Source: an uncultured Gammaproteobacteria bacterium (GTDB taxonomy: Bacteria > Patescibacteriota > Microgenomatia > Daviesbacterales > UBA10151). Taken from it: 64,000 nt of DNA. Made by a program: the position numbers and the translations under genes. This document shows positions 29,727 to 37,849 of the stretch, piece by piece; the first letter of the stretch is position 1, and each line of letters opens with the position of its first letter. A model generated the notes under the pieces. It saw only the letters and a program-made list of their open reading frames with translations, made no database searches and had not been told where the DNA came from. The DNA is taken from NCBI GenBank assembly GCA_964387865.1, contig CAYLXC010000002.1, forward strand, positions 18,676 to 82,675, written 5' to 3'.

Positions 29727-31088
29727 ATGGAGTTTAAAAGAGAAATGCCAAAGAAAACTTTAAATGCTTTTTATGATTTGGTTATAGTAGGAGGCCTTGG
29801 TCATGTAGGTCTTCCATTAGGTATTGCATTTGCAGAAAAAGGACTTAAAGTTTGCCTTTATGATATTGATAAGAGTAAAGGTGAAATGGTCAAAAAAGGT
29901 AGTATACCTTTTATAGAATATGGTGCACAAGAAATTTTGGAAAAAGTATTAAAGGCAGGAACCCTTACAGTTTCCTATGATATTAAAGATATATCAAAGG
30001 CTAAATATGTAATTGTAACTATTGGTACTCCAGTGGATGAACACCTTACTCCAAAAACAAGAGCTTTTTTGGAATTTTTTGAAAATATTCGAGATTATTT
30101 AAACCCTAATCAAATAATAATTATTCGAAGTACAGTTTATCCTAATACCTGTCAACAGCTGCTAAGGATGCTAGGAAATGGTAAGCAGTGGCATATAGCA
30201 TATTGTCCAGAACGGATTACCGAGGGATATGCTATTAAAGAGTTAAAAGAACTGCCACAAATTGTAGCAGGTTTGAGTGAGCATGCAATAAATAATGCTG
30301 CAGCATTATTTAGTACAATTTCCACAAAAATTATAAAAACTGCAATGGGAGAGGCGGAATTGGTTAAATTATTTTCAAATGCTTGGAGATATATTCATTT
30401 CGCCTTGGCAAATCAATTTTATATGATCTCTTATAGATTTGGAGTTGATTATGAAAGAGTTCGTTGGGCGATGAAAGAAGGTTATGAAAGAGCAGCCACC
30501 TTGCCAGTTGCAGGTTTCGCCGCAGGACCATGCCTTTTAAAAGACACCATGCAGCTTGTGGCATTTGATAGCAATAATTTTCTTTTGGGACATGCGGCAA
30601 TGATGATTAATGAAGGCTTACCAAATTTTATTGTTGAGGATCTTCGCAAAAGATATGATTTACAGAAAACTAAAGTGGGAATTTTAGGCATGGCTTTTAA
30701 AGCGGATGTAGATGATATAAGAGACTCCTTATCATATAAGTTAGGAAAAATTCTTAGATTTCACGGTGCCCAGGTTTATTACTGTGATGAATATGTCAAA
30801 AATCCTACATTTTCATCTAAAGAAAAACTAATCAAAGAATGCGATGTGATAATTATAGGAGTTCCACACTCTGCCTATAAAAGACTTGTTATGCCAGAAA
30901 AAGTAGAAGTTGTAGATTTATGGGGTGTTACTGCTGGAGGTAGGCGTACAATCCCAAAGGGCTATATAACTTCTGAATATAGAGCTATTGATTCTTTTGG
31001 TCAAACTAGTGCTAATCAATATGCGGAAGGTTCTACTTTTCAACTCGCAGTCAGAATGAAAAGGTCAACTAAATCAACAAGTAAGTGA
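29727..31088 (+). CDS. Nucleotide-sugar dehydrogenase (UDP-glucose/GDP-mannose/UDP-ManNAc dehydrogenase family)
   Basis: GGLGHVGLP, IGTP, RSTVYP, CPERI, AELVKLFSN, catalytic AGPCLLKD, GMAFKADVDDIRDS. Alternative start at 29745. Confidence 0.9.
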   Translation: MEFKREMPKKTLNAFYDLVIVGGLGHVGLPLGIAFAEKGLKVCLYDIDKSKGEMVKKGSIPFIEYGAQEILEKVLKAGTLTVSYDIKDISKAKYVIVTIGTPVDEHLTPKTRAFLEFFENIRDYLNPNQIIIIRSTVYPNTCQQLLRMLGNGKQWHIAYCPERITEGYAIKELKELPQIVAGLSEHAINNAAALFSTISTKIIKTAMGEAELVKLFSNAWRYIHFALANQFYMISYRFGVDYERVRWAMKEGYERAATLPVAGFAAGPCLLKDTMQLVAFDSNNFLLGHAAMMINEGLPNFIVEDLRKRYDLQKTKVGILGMAFKADVDDIRDSLSYKLGKILRFHGAQVYYCDEYVKNPTFSSKEKLIKECDVIIIGVPHSAYKRLVMPEKVEVVDLWGVTAGGRRTIPKGYITSEYRAIDSFGQTSANQYAEGSTFQLAVRMKRSTKSTSK

Positions 31089-31102
31089 AAATACCTCAGG
31101 TA

Positions 31103-32089
31103 ATGAAAAAAAGATTTCTGGTTACAGGTGGGGCGGGATTTATTGGCAGTGCCTTAGTAAGGGTTTTGGTGAATGATGGCAAAAGCGTTAGAGTATTGGA
31201 TAATGAGTTCCGTGGAGAAGTAGATAGATTGAAGGATATTAGGGATAAATTTGAAATGATAAATGGAGATATCAGAGATCCTAAATTAGTTGTGAAGGTT
31301 TGTCGAGGTATAGATAGTGTTATTCATCTTGCCTATATTAACGGTACCCAGTTTTTCTATACAAAACCTGAGTTGGTACTTGAGGTTGGAGTTAAAGGGA
31401 TAGTTAATATTTTGGACGGGTGTATAAAAAATAATGTAGGTGAGTTATTTCTAGCTTCAACTTCAGAAGTTTATCAAACCCCAAAGATTATTCCTACTCC
31501 TGAAACAGTTCCCATGGTTATTCCGGATCCACTAAATCCCAGATATTCTTATGGTGGGGGGAAAATAATTAGTGAGCTGATGGCTATAAATTATGGACGA
31601 AAATATTTTAAACGTGCTGTAATTTTTAGACCGCATAATGTTTATGGTCCTGATATGGGTTGGGAACATGTTGTACCTCAACTTATCTTAAGTATTAAAA
31701 ATTTAATAGAAAGGAATAAAAAAAGTAATACTATCCATTTACCAATTCAAGGATCAGGAGATGAGACAAGAGCCTTTATTTATATAGATGATTTTCTTGA
31801 GGGACTTAAACTTGTAATAGATAAGGGTGAACATTTGGGAATTTATCATATTGGTACCATGGATGAAGTATCAATTAAAGAACTTGCAAAACAAATAGGT
31901 TACCATTTTGGTAGAAAGATTATAGTATTGCCAGGAGAATTGACAAAAGGAAGTACCAAACGTCGTTGTCCGGATATTAGTAAACTAAAAAAGTTAGGGT
32001 TTAAACCGAAAGTTTCACTTAAAGAGGGTTTACAGGGGACAGTGAAATGGTATAATGCTTTCGCCCATTTACAACCTAAATATGAGTAA
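31103..32089 (+). CDS. NAD-dependent epimerase/dehydratase (UDP-glucuronate decarboxylase-like extended SDR)
   Basis: VTGGAGFIGS, ASTSEVY, RYSYGGGK, RPHNVYGP, GSGDETRAFIYIDD, RRCPDI. Confidence 0.85.
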   Translation: MKKRFLVTGGAGFIGSALVRVLVNDGKSVRVLDNEFRGEVDRLKDIRDKFEMINGDIRDPKLVVKVCRGIDSVIHLAYINGTQFFYTKPELVLEVGVKGIVNILDGCIKNNVGELFLASTSEVYQTPKIIPTPETVPMVIPDPLNPRYSYGGGKIISELMAINYGRKYFKRAVIFRPHNVYGPDMGWEHVVPQLILSIKNLIERNKKSNTIHLPIQGSGDETRAFIYIDDFLEGLKLVIDKGEHLGIYHIGTMDEVSIKELAKQIGYHFGRKIIVLPGELTKGSTKRRCPDISKLKKLGFKPKVSLKEGLQGTVKWYNAFAHLQPKYE

Positions 32090-33356
32090 AGGTAAGAAAA
32101 AACTGGCTTTTGGAACCGGGAAAAGTATAGTGGTAGAAAATTGCCAAGTCTGTAACAACCCTAATTTAGAATCGATACTATTTTTAGGTTACTTACCTTC
32201 GGTAAATCAGATGTATCCAATAGGATCGAGACCCAAAGAGCAACCGAGTTACCCTGCCGAACTTCTTCATTGTACAAAGTGTCATTTGGTTCAACTGGGC
32301 TTAATAGTTGATCCAAAAATTATTTTTCCGAAAGAATATCCATATACCTCTGGAACAACCAAAATTCTAAGAGATAATTTTGCCGAACTTTCTTTAGAAG
32401 CTAAAAAGATTTTAGATTTAAAGTCAGATGATTTGGTGATTGATATAGGGTCAAATGACGGTACACTTTTAAATAACTTCAAAGATGATGTTAGAGTACT
32501 GGGAATAACCCCTGAAGAAATTGGTCAACTTGCCATTGAAAAGGGAATACCAACAATTTTGGACTATTTTACATCCCGTACAGTGAAGAAAGTCAAGAAG
32601 AAATATGGCAAGGCCAAGCTTGTAACAGCTGCTAATGTATTTGCTCATATAGAAGATGTAAGTGTGGTTTTGGAAAATATTTTAAATCTCCTAAAACCAG
32701 ATGGGGTGTTTATTTCGGAATCGCATTATCTTTATTCACTAATTAAATTTGTTCAATATGATACTATCTACCATGAACATTTAAGATATTACTCACTGGC
32801 TTCCCTTAAATATATTTTAAATATGCATGGACTGGAAGTTTTTCATGCAAAACAAATTCCTACTCATGGAGGATCAATCAGAGTTTATGCCGCAAGAAAG
32901 GGTCTATATCCTGTTAAGGATTCTGTAAACAAGCTACTTCAAAAAGAAAAGCCATATGTAACAAACAAAAAAAGTTTATTAAAATTTAAGGAGAATGTTG
33001 TCTTATCAAAACTTGAACTTCACTCCTTACTTTGGGATCTGAAGAGAAAGGGGAAAAAGATATATGGCATTTCTGCCCCGTCCAGAGCCAGCACTTTAAT
33101 AAATTATGTTGGGTTGGACGATGACATAATAGATTGCATTTTAGAAATTAAAGGATCATATAAAATAGGAAATTACATACCTGGAACTCTTATTCCTATT
33201 GTGGAAGAGAGCAGCTTATTTGAGCAGCAACCTGACTATGCTTTGCTTTTATCTTGGCATATTGCTAAAGAATTGATGCCAAAACTTAAACAAAAAGGAT
33301 TTAAAGGAGACTTCATAGTTCCTCTCCCCAGGCCTTTGATTATAAAAGGCTTTTGA
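32082..33356 (+). CDS. NDP-sugar C-methyltransferase (Methyltransf_13/14, Zn-binding N-terminus)
   Basis: CQVC...CTKC, DIGSNDG, ANVFAH, YDTIYHEH, THGGSIR, PDYALLLSW, VPLP. Start taken at ATG 32082. Confidence 0.88.
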   Translation: MSKGKKKLAFGTGKSIVVENCQVCNNPNLESILFLGYLPSVNQMYPIGSRPKEQPSYPAELLHCTKCHLVQLGLIVDPKIIFPKEYPYTSGTTKILRDNFAELSLEAKKILDLKSDDLVIDIGSNDGTLLNNFKDDVRVLGITPEEIGQLAIEKGIPTILDYFTSRTVKKVKKKYGKAKLVTAANVFAHIEDVSVVLENILNLLKPDGVFISESHYLYSLIKFVQYDTIYHEHLRYYSLASLKYILNMHGLEVFHAKQIPTHGGSIRVYAARKGLYPVKDSVNKLLQKEKPYVTNKKSLLKFKENVVLSKLELHSLLWDLKRKGKKIYGISAPSRASTLINYVGLDDDIIDCILEIKGSYKIGNYIPGTLIPIVEESSLFEQQPDYALLLSWHIAKELMPKLKQKGFKGDFIVPLPRPLIIKGF

Positions 33357-35241
33357 GTCCTAGAGTTTGCATAATCTCATCTCTTATATCATATAGATCT
33401 CTATTTTTAAACCTAAATGCGTAAAAGTTTTCTGGTTTATAGAAAACACCACTAAAGAGAAATCCTTTGATACCATCCTTTTCCACTATTGCCTCCTTTA
33501 GCTTTTCTGGACAGACTTTCTCATTTCCGCCGCAAAGAAAATAAGTTCTTAAAAGTAGAGGAGTAAGTTCTGGCTTTAAGACTCTATCTTCCTGAAACAT
33601 CATCCAGAAATTGAAACCTGCCATAATTATTGTCTCATTAAAATAGCTATTATTATGGTCTTGTGATTCATCAAAATAAAAAACTGAGGGTTCAGTCAAA
33701 CTAAAATTTTTAAGGTATGACTTTAGTTTTCCCTTCATTCTAATATGTTCAGATGCCTTGGTTCCTGCCACGTTTAATTCATAGTCAAAGTAATTAGCTA
33801 TAGACTTACTATAAATTACAAACATAAGAAGAGGTAGTAAAAAAACAGCTAATGCAAAAGGCCTAGTGAAATTTTTTGGATATAACTTTTCATAAATTAA
33901 GACAAAAGCAGTTGCAATAAGAAGACTTACCCCTATAGCTGGTATAGTAAGGTAGCGGTGTATACCTACAAATACTAAAGCTATATCAGCGGGTAACCAT
34001 GTAATAAATATGAAAAGGAATGCCATTGCAGGACCCATAAATAAACAAAGGGTAAGATTATCCTTCATTTTTCTATCAATCCATTCAAGGAAAAAAGCGC
34101 ATGCTAAAGAAAGAACAAACATCCCGACTAAAGCATTGGGCATTACAAAACTTGGGTCAAAATATATCCTTGAAGAAGGATCAATACCTAACCGACGGGT
34201 AGCAATATAGAAGGAAGCTAGAAAAAGAGTTATGAGTATGGTCAATGTTACGAGTATAAACTTACGAGGGTTTTTAGATAAAAGATAACCTGAAATTAAA
34301 ATAATATTGCCAAAAATAAATAAAGGCCCCCCTAACAAGAATTTTAAATAACCAGTTAAATTATCTAAATTAATTACGCCTAGAGGTAAAGGATATTCTT
34401 TTGGTAGAAACATACTTCCTAAAGAAGCAAATGGTGTGAAAAGTAGGTGTGAATTTCCTTCAAATATTTTTTGGAAAAGCCCCATGCTGTTTCCTATAAA
34501 AAAAGGAATCATGTCGCTTTGAATATTTGGCCTAATAAATATTAGAAGAATTACTGGGGTAAAAAGTAGTAATAATCTTTTTGCCCCTAAAACAATAGAG
34601 GATTTGGAGAATTTTTGACTGCAAATATAGAGAAACTCACCTATAATTACAAGCGGCATTAGGGGATACATTCTCTCTGTTGCCAGAAAAAAGGCGAGAT
34701 AAAAGGTGAGTATGACAGAAATTAGCAATCTCCAATCTGTTCTTTTTTTTTGGGCAAGATACCAATATATCCAAAGAAATATATTCATAAATGTAATTCC
34801 GAGATAATTTATGGTAGTCATTACCGTATAGAGAGCTGCCACAGTTGTAAAAGAATAAGCATAGATTAATGTTCCAAGTGTGGCGATTAATTTTCGTTTG
34901 GTGATTATGTAAAATAAAGGAAAGGCAGTAATAGTTGAAAGAAACTTTAAAATATAAGCTACTATATTATATTGGTAGAAGTCTAAACCAAAAAAATATT
35001 CCTGAATACCTAAATAATAATATTGTGTTGCATAGACTCCGCTTCTATTCCACATGTTTAAAAAACTTTCAAGTGAAAAGGGATTTTTTAGATGTTTAAA
35101 TTGCAATAACCCCCCCCAATCTATATCAGCAAAAGCGTAGCTTAGGTGAGGCTTGAGCATAAAATATTGTATCAGGGCAATTATCAAAGCTGTAAATAAA
35201 AACAACCAAATACTTGAATGGGTTTTAAGACTATTTAACAT
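33340..35241 (-). CDS. Polytopic membrane protein, putative GT-C glycosyltransferase (family B)
   Basis: YAFADIDW, ATERMYP, PFASLGS, HRYLTIPAIG, C-terminal NFYAFRFKNRDLYDIR. Closest by eye to 27778. Confidence 0.68.
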   Translation of the reverse strand: MLNSLKTHSSIWLFLFTALIIALIQYFMLKPHLSYAFADIDWGGLLQFKHLKNPFSLESFLNMWNRSGVYATQYYYLGIQEYFFGLDFYQYNIVAYILKFLSTITAFPLFYIITKRKLIATLGTLIYAYSFTTVAALYTVMTTINYLGITFMNIFLWIYWYLAQKKRTDWRLLISVILTFYLAFFLATERMYPLMPLVIIGEFLYICSQKFSKSSIVLGAKRLLLLFTPVILLIFIRPNIQSDMIPFFIGNSMGLFQKIFEGNSHLLFTPFASLGSMFLPKEYPLPLGVINLDNLTGYLKFLLGGPLFIFGNIILISGYLLSKNPRKFILVTLTILITLFLASFYIATRRLGIDPSSRIYFDPSFVMPNALVGMFVLSLACAFFLEWIDRKMKDNLTLCLFMGPAMAFLFIFITWLPADIALVFVGIHRYLTIPAIGVSLLIATAFVLIYEKLYPKNFTRPFALAVFLLPLLMFVIYSKSIANYFDYELNVAGTKASEHIRMKGKLKSYLKNFSLTEPSVFYFDESQDHNNSYFNETIIMAGFNFWMMFQEDRVLKPELTPLLLRTYFLCGGNEKVCPEKLKEAIVEKDGIKGFLFSGVFYKPENFYAFRFKNRDLYDIRDEIMQTLGLKSLL

Positions 35242-35273
35242 ACGCAAAATATATTATAGTACACTAATTCGGT

Positions 35274-36167
35274 ATGATTAGAAAAGATAAAGATAAAAGG
35301 ATTTTACTTTTTGGAGGGAGTGGCTTAGTTGGCTCAAGGATTATAAAGCTCCTTAATAATCGTTTCCAAATAATTGCCCCCCCACATATGAAAGTGGATG
35401 TTACCCAAAGAGCCCAAGTAGATAAAATCATTGAACAGGTTTTGCCAGATCATATAATTTATGCTGTGGGTTTAACAAGTGTGGATAAAGCGGAAGAGAA
35501 TTCTAAATTGGCTTATTTATTAAACACAAAGGCACCCACTATGGTGGCCGAAAAGGCTAGTCAACTTCACATTCCAATACTTTATTTCTCAACAGATGCT
35601 GTTTTTGATGGAACAAAAAGCATCAGTCCTTATGAGGAAAGCGATAAGACTAACCCTATCTCAATGTATGGTAAATCAAAGCTTTTGGGTGAGCAAATGG
35701 TTCTGGCCCTTTCTGACAAAAATTGTGTAGTAAGAATTATTACGGTTTACTCACACGTCACAACTGAGAAAAGAGGCTTTGTTCAAGCTGTACTTGAGGC
35801 TTTATCAAAAGGAGAAAAATTTCAAGGAATTACAGATCAAATAATCAATCCGATCTATGTTGATGATATAGTAAAGGCCATATATCTTTTGATTAATAGT
35901 AAAAGCTTTGGCATATATCATTTAGGTGCAACAGATTATATTACAAACTATAATTTTATTAGGAAACTAGCCAAACACCTTAGTTTGGATGAGAAGCTGA
36001 TAGAAGGGATAACCTTTAAGGAATTTTTTAAAAATAAATTGGCAAAGAGAACCAAATATTGTTGGCTAGATACTTCTCTTTTCAGAAAAGAATTTGGTGA
36101 AAACGTCCTTCATACTGTGGATGAAAGCATCATGCTTTTTAAGAAAAATTTAAAGAGGCCATCTTGA
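35274..36167 (+). CDS. rmlD: dTDP-4-dehydrorhamnose reductase-like (RmlD family), second copy
   Basis: LFGGSGLVG, TSVDKAE, FSTDAVFDG, YGKSK. Confidence 0.85.
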   Translation: MIRKDKDKRILLFGGSGLVGSRIIKLLNNRFQIIAPPHMKVDVTQRAQVDKIIEQVLPDHIIYAVGLTSVDKAEENSKLAYLLNTKAPTMVAEKASQLHIPILYFSTDAVFDGTKSISPYEESDKTNPISMYGKSKLLGEQMVLALSDKNCVVRIITVYSHVTTEKRGFVQAVLEALSKGEKFQGITDQIINPIYVDDIVKAIYLLINSKSFGIYHLGATDYITNYNFIRKLAKHLSLDEKLIEGITFKEFFKNKLAKRTKYCWLDTSLFRKEFGENVLHTVDESIMLFKKNLKRPS

Positions 36168-36885
36168 AGTGTTTAAATCTTTTAACTATCCCCCAAAGGT
36201 ACCAATAAATATATCTTGGTAACCATTTAAATAGTTTGAATTTAGATTTGCCAAAATGTCTTTCTTTCCAAATAGATGGGGTTTCTGTGATTTTATATCC
36301 CAAAAGATAAGCTTTGATTAAAATTTCCATGGCAAATTCCCAGCCCCCAAGGGATTGAATTTTTATTCTTTTTAAAACTTGCCTTCGATACATCTTATAT
36401 CCATTAGTTAAATCAGAAGTTGGAATACCAAGAAGGATGGGGGTAGTAAGTCCTGCAATTTTTGAGAGAATAGTTTTTATAAATCTTCCGCCTACTTGTT
36501 TCCCACCTTTTGAATAACGGGTAGCACAGACAATGTCAAAATCCCTCTTTGCCAGTTGATACATTTTATTGATAGTTTCTGGGTCATCAGCCAAATCTGC
36601 TGGCATAACCACAATAAATTCTCCCAAGCTTTCCATAAAACCAGTTTTAACAGCATTGATCAAACCACCACCCCAAGCATTCTTTACAAGCTTCACATTT
36701 GGAATTTTATTCTTAAGTTTTTTTATAACTGTTATTGTGTCGTCATTATCGAAATCATATACAATAATTACCTCATGTTCACTCTTTACAGCAGATTCCA
36801 AAGAATAAAGGAAGGCAGATATATTTGGACCCTCATTCAAAACAGGTACAATAATGCTGATTGGAAATTTTTGTTTAGTAAGCAT
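36139..36885 (-). CDS. GT2, polyprenol-phosphate glycosyltransferase (DPM1-like)
   Basis: IIVPVLNE, MPADLADDP, ATRYSKGG, DLTNGYKMY, ERHFGKSK. Confidence 0.85.
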   Translation of the reverse strand: MLTKQKFPISIIVPVLNEGPNISAFLYSLESAVKSEHEVIIVYDFDNDDTITVIKKLKNKIPNVKLVKNAWGGGLINAVKTGFMESLGEFIVVMPADLADDPETINKMYQLAKRDFDIVCATRYSKGGKQVGGRFIKTILSKIAGLTTPILLGIPTSDLTNGYKMYRRQVLKRIKIQSLGGWEFAMEILIKAYLLGYKITETPSIWKERHFGKSKFKLFKWLPRYIYWYLWGIVKRFKHFKMASLNFS

Positions 36886-36975
36886 AATCCCTATTAGTCT
36901 AGAATTATTTTATTTTTTAAACAAGAACCAATACAAAAAATTGCCAAAACAACATTGATATGATAGAAAAGGATT

Positions 36976-37842
36976 GTGAAAAAAGTTTCAGTTATTATAC
37001 CTACTTATAATAGTTGGAAGACGCTTAAAAGTTGTATTATATCTATTCAAAATCAAACTATTAAACCTAAGGAGATTATAGTTGTGGATAATGGATCAAC
37101 TGATGGGACTGCTCAAAAAGTAAAAAAACTTTTCACAAAGATCAAATTGATTACCCTAGATAAAAATACAGGGGTTACCGGTGGTAGAAATACTGGTATA
37201 AAAAGAGCTAACTCTATGTCAGATTATTTATTTTTTTTTGATCATGATATGGTGGCTGAAAAAGATATGCTTAAAGAATTAATAAAAGTGACAGATACGG
37301 ATACTAACATTGGGATTGTTACCCCAAAGATTTATTATTATGGGAAGAAAAAAAGAATTTGGTCAGCAGGAACGGGGATTAATCTTTGGACAGGACAAGT
37401 TTTATTCAGAGGGGGAGATGACCGTGCTCAATACGAGAGAGTGGAAGAAGTACAGGTTGCCCCAGCTGCAATTTTGGTGAGAAAAGAGGTTATTAAGAAA
37501 ATAGGCGGATTCGATAACAGATACTTTGCCACTTATGAAGATACAGATTTTTGTTTCCGTGCTAGGAAGATAGGTTTTAAGACATTTTATGTCCCAAAAG
37601 CAAGAGCTTATCATAAGTTATCTTGGGATCCAAAAGATGATGCTGCAAGAGTCTTGTCAAGATCTTACTGGGTTGGAAGAAATCGTGTAATTTTTATGAA
37701 GGATTTTGGTAAAAATTTTTTCATATTCCTTATGTTTTTGCCAATCTACTTTGTTTATTATTTATATGTAGCATTAAAAAATAAAAATATTGGAGGATGG
37801 TTTAAATTTATACAAGGCACAATTTACGGTTTTTTTACTTGA
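36976..37842 (+). CDS. Glycosyltransferase family 2 (rhamnosyltransferase-like)
   Basis: VSVIIPTYN, VVDNGSTD, FFDHD, GGFD.RYFATYEDTDFC. Confidence 0.88.
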   Translation: MKKVSVIIPTYNSWKTLKSCIISIQNQTIKPKEIIVVDNGSTDGTAQKVKKLFTKIKLITLDKNTGVTGGRNTGIKRANSMSDYLFFFDHDMVAEKDMLKELIKVTDTDTNIGIVTPKIYYYGKKKRIWSAGTGINLWTGQVLFRGGDDRAQYERVEEVQVAPAAILVRKEVIKKIGGFDNRYFATYEDTDFCFRARKIGFKTFYVPKARAYHKLSWDPKDDAARVLSRSYWVGRNRVIFMKDFGKNFFIFLMFLPIYFVYYLYVALKNKNIGGWFKFIQGTIYGFFT

Positions 37843-37849
37843 AAAATAG

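Noticed and set aside
11406-35383. Homopolymer runs (C7 near 11406, 35110 and 35377, plus many A/T8-9) as phase-variation switches
   Set aside because: All host ORFs are intact and the runs are short for AT-rich DNA. No frameshift evidence without read data.
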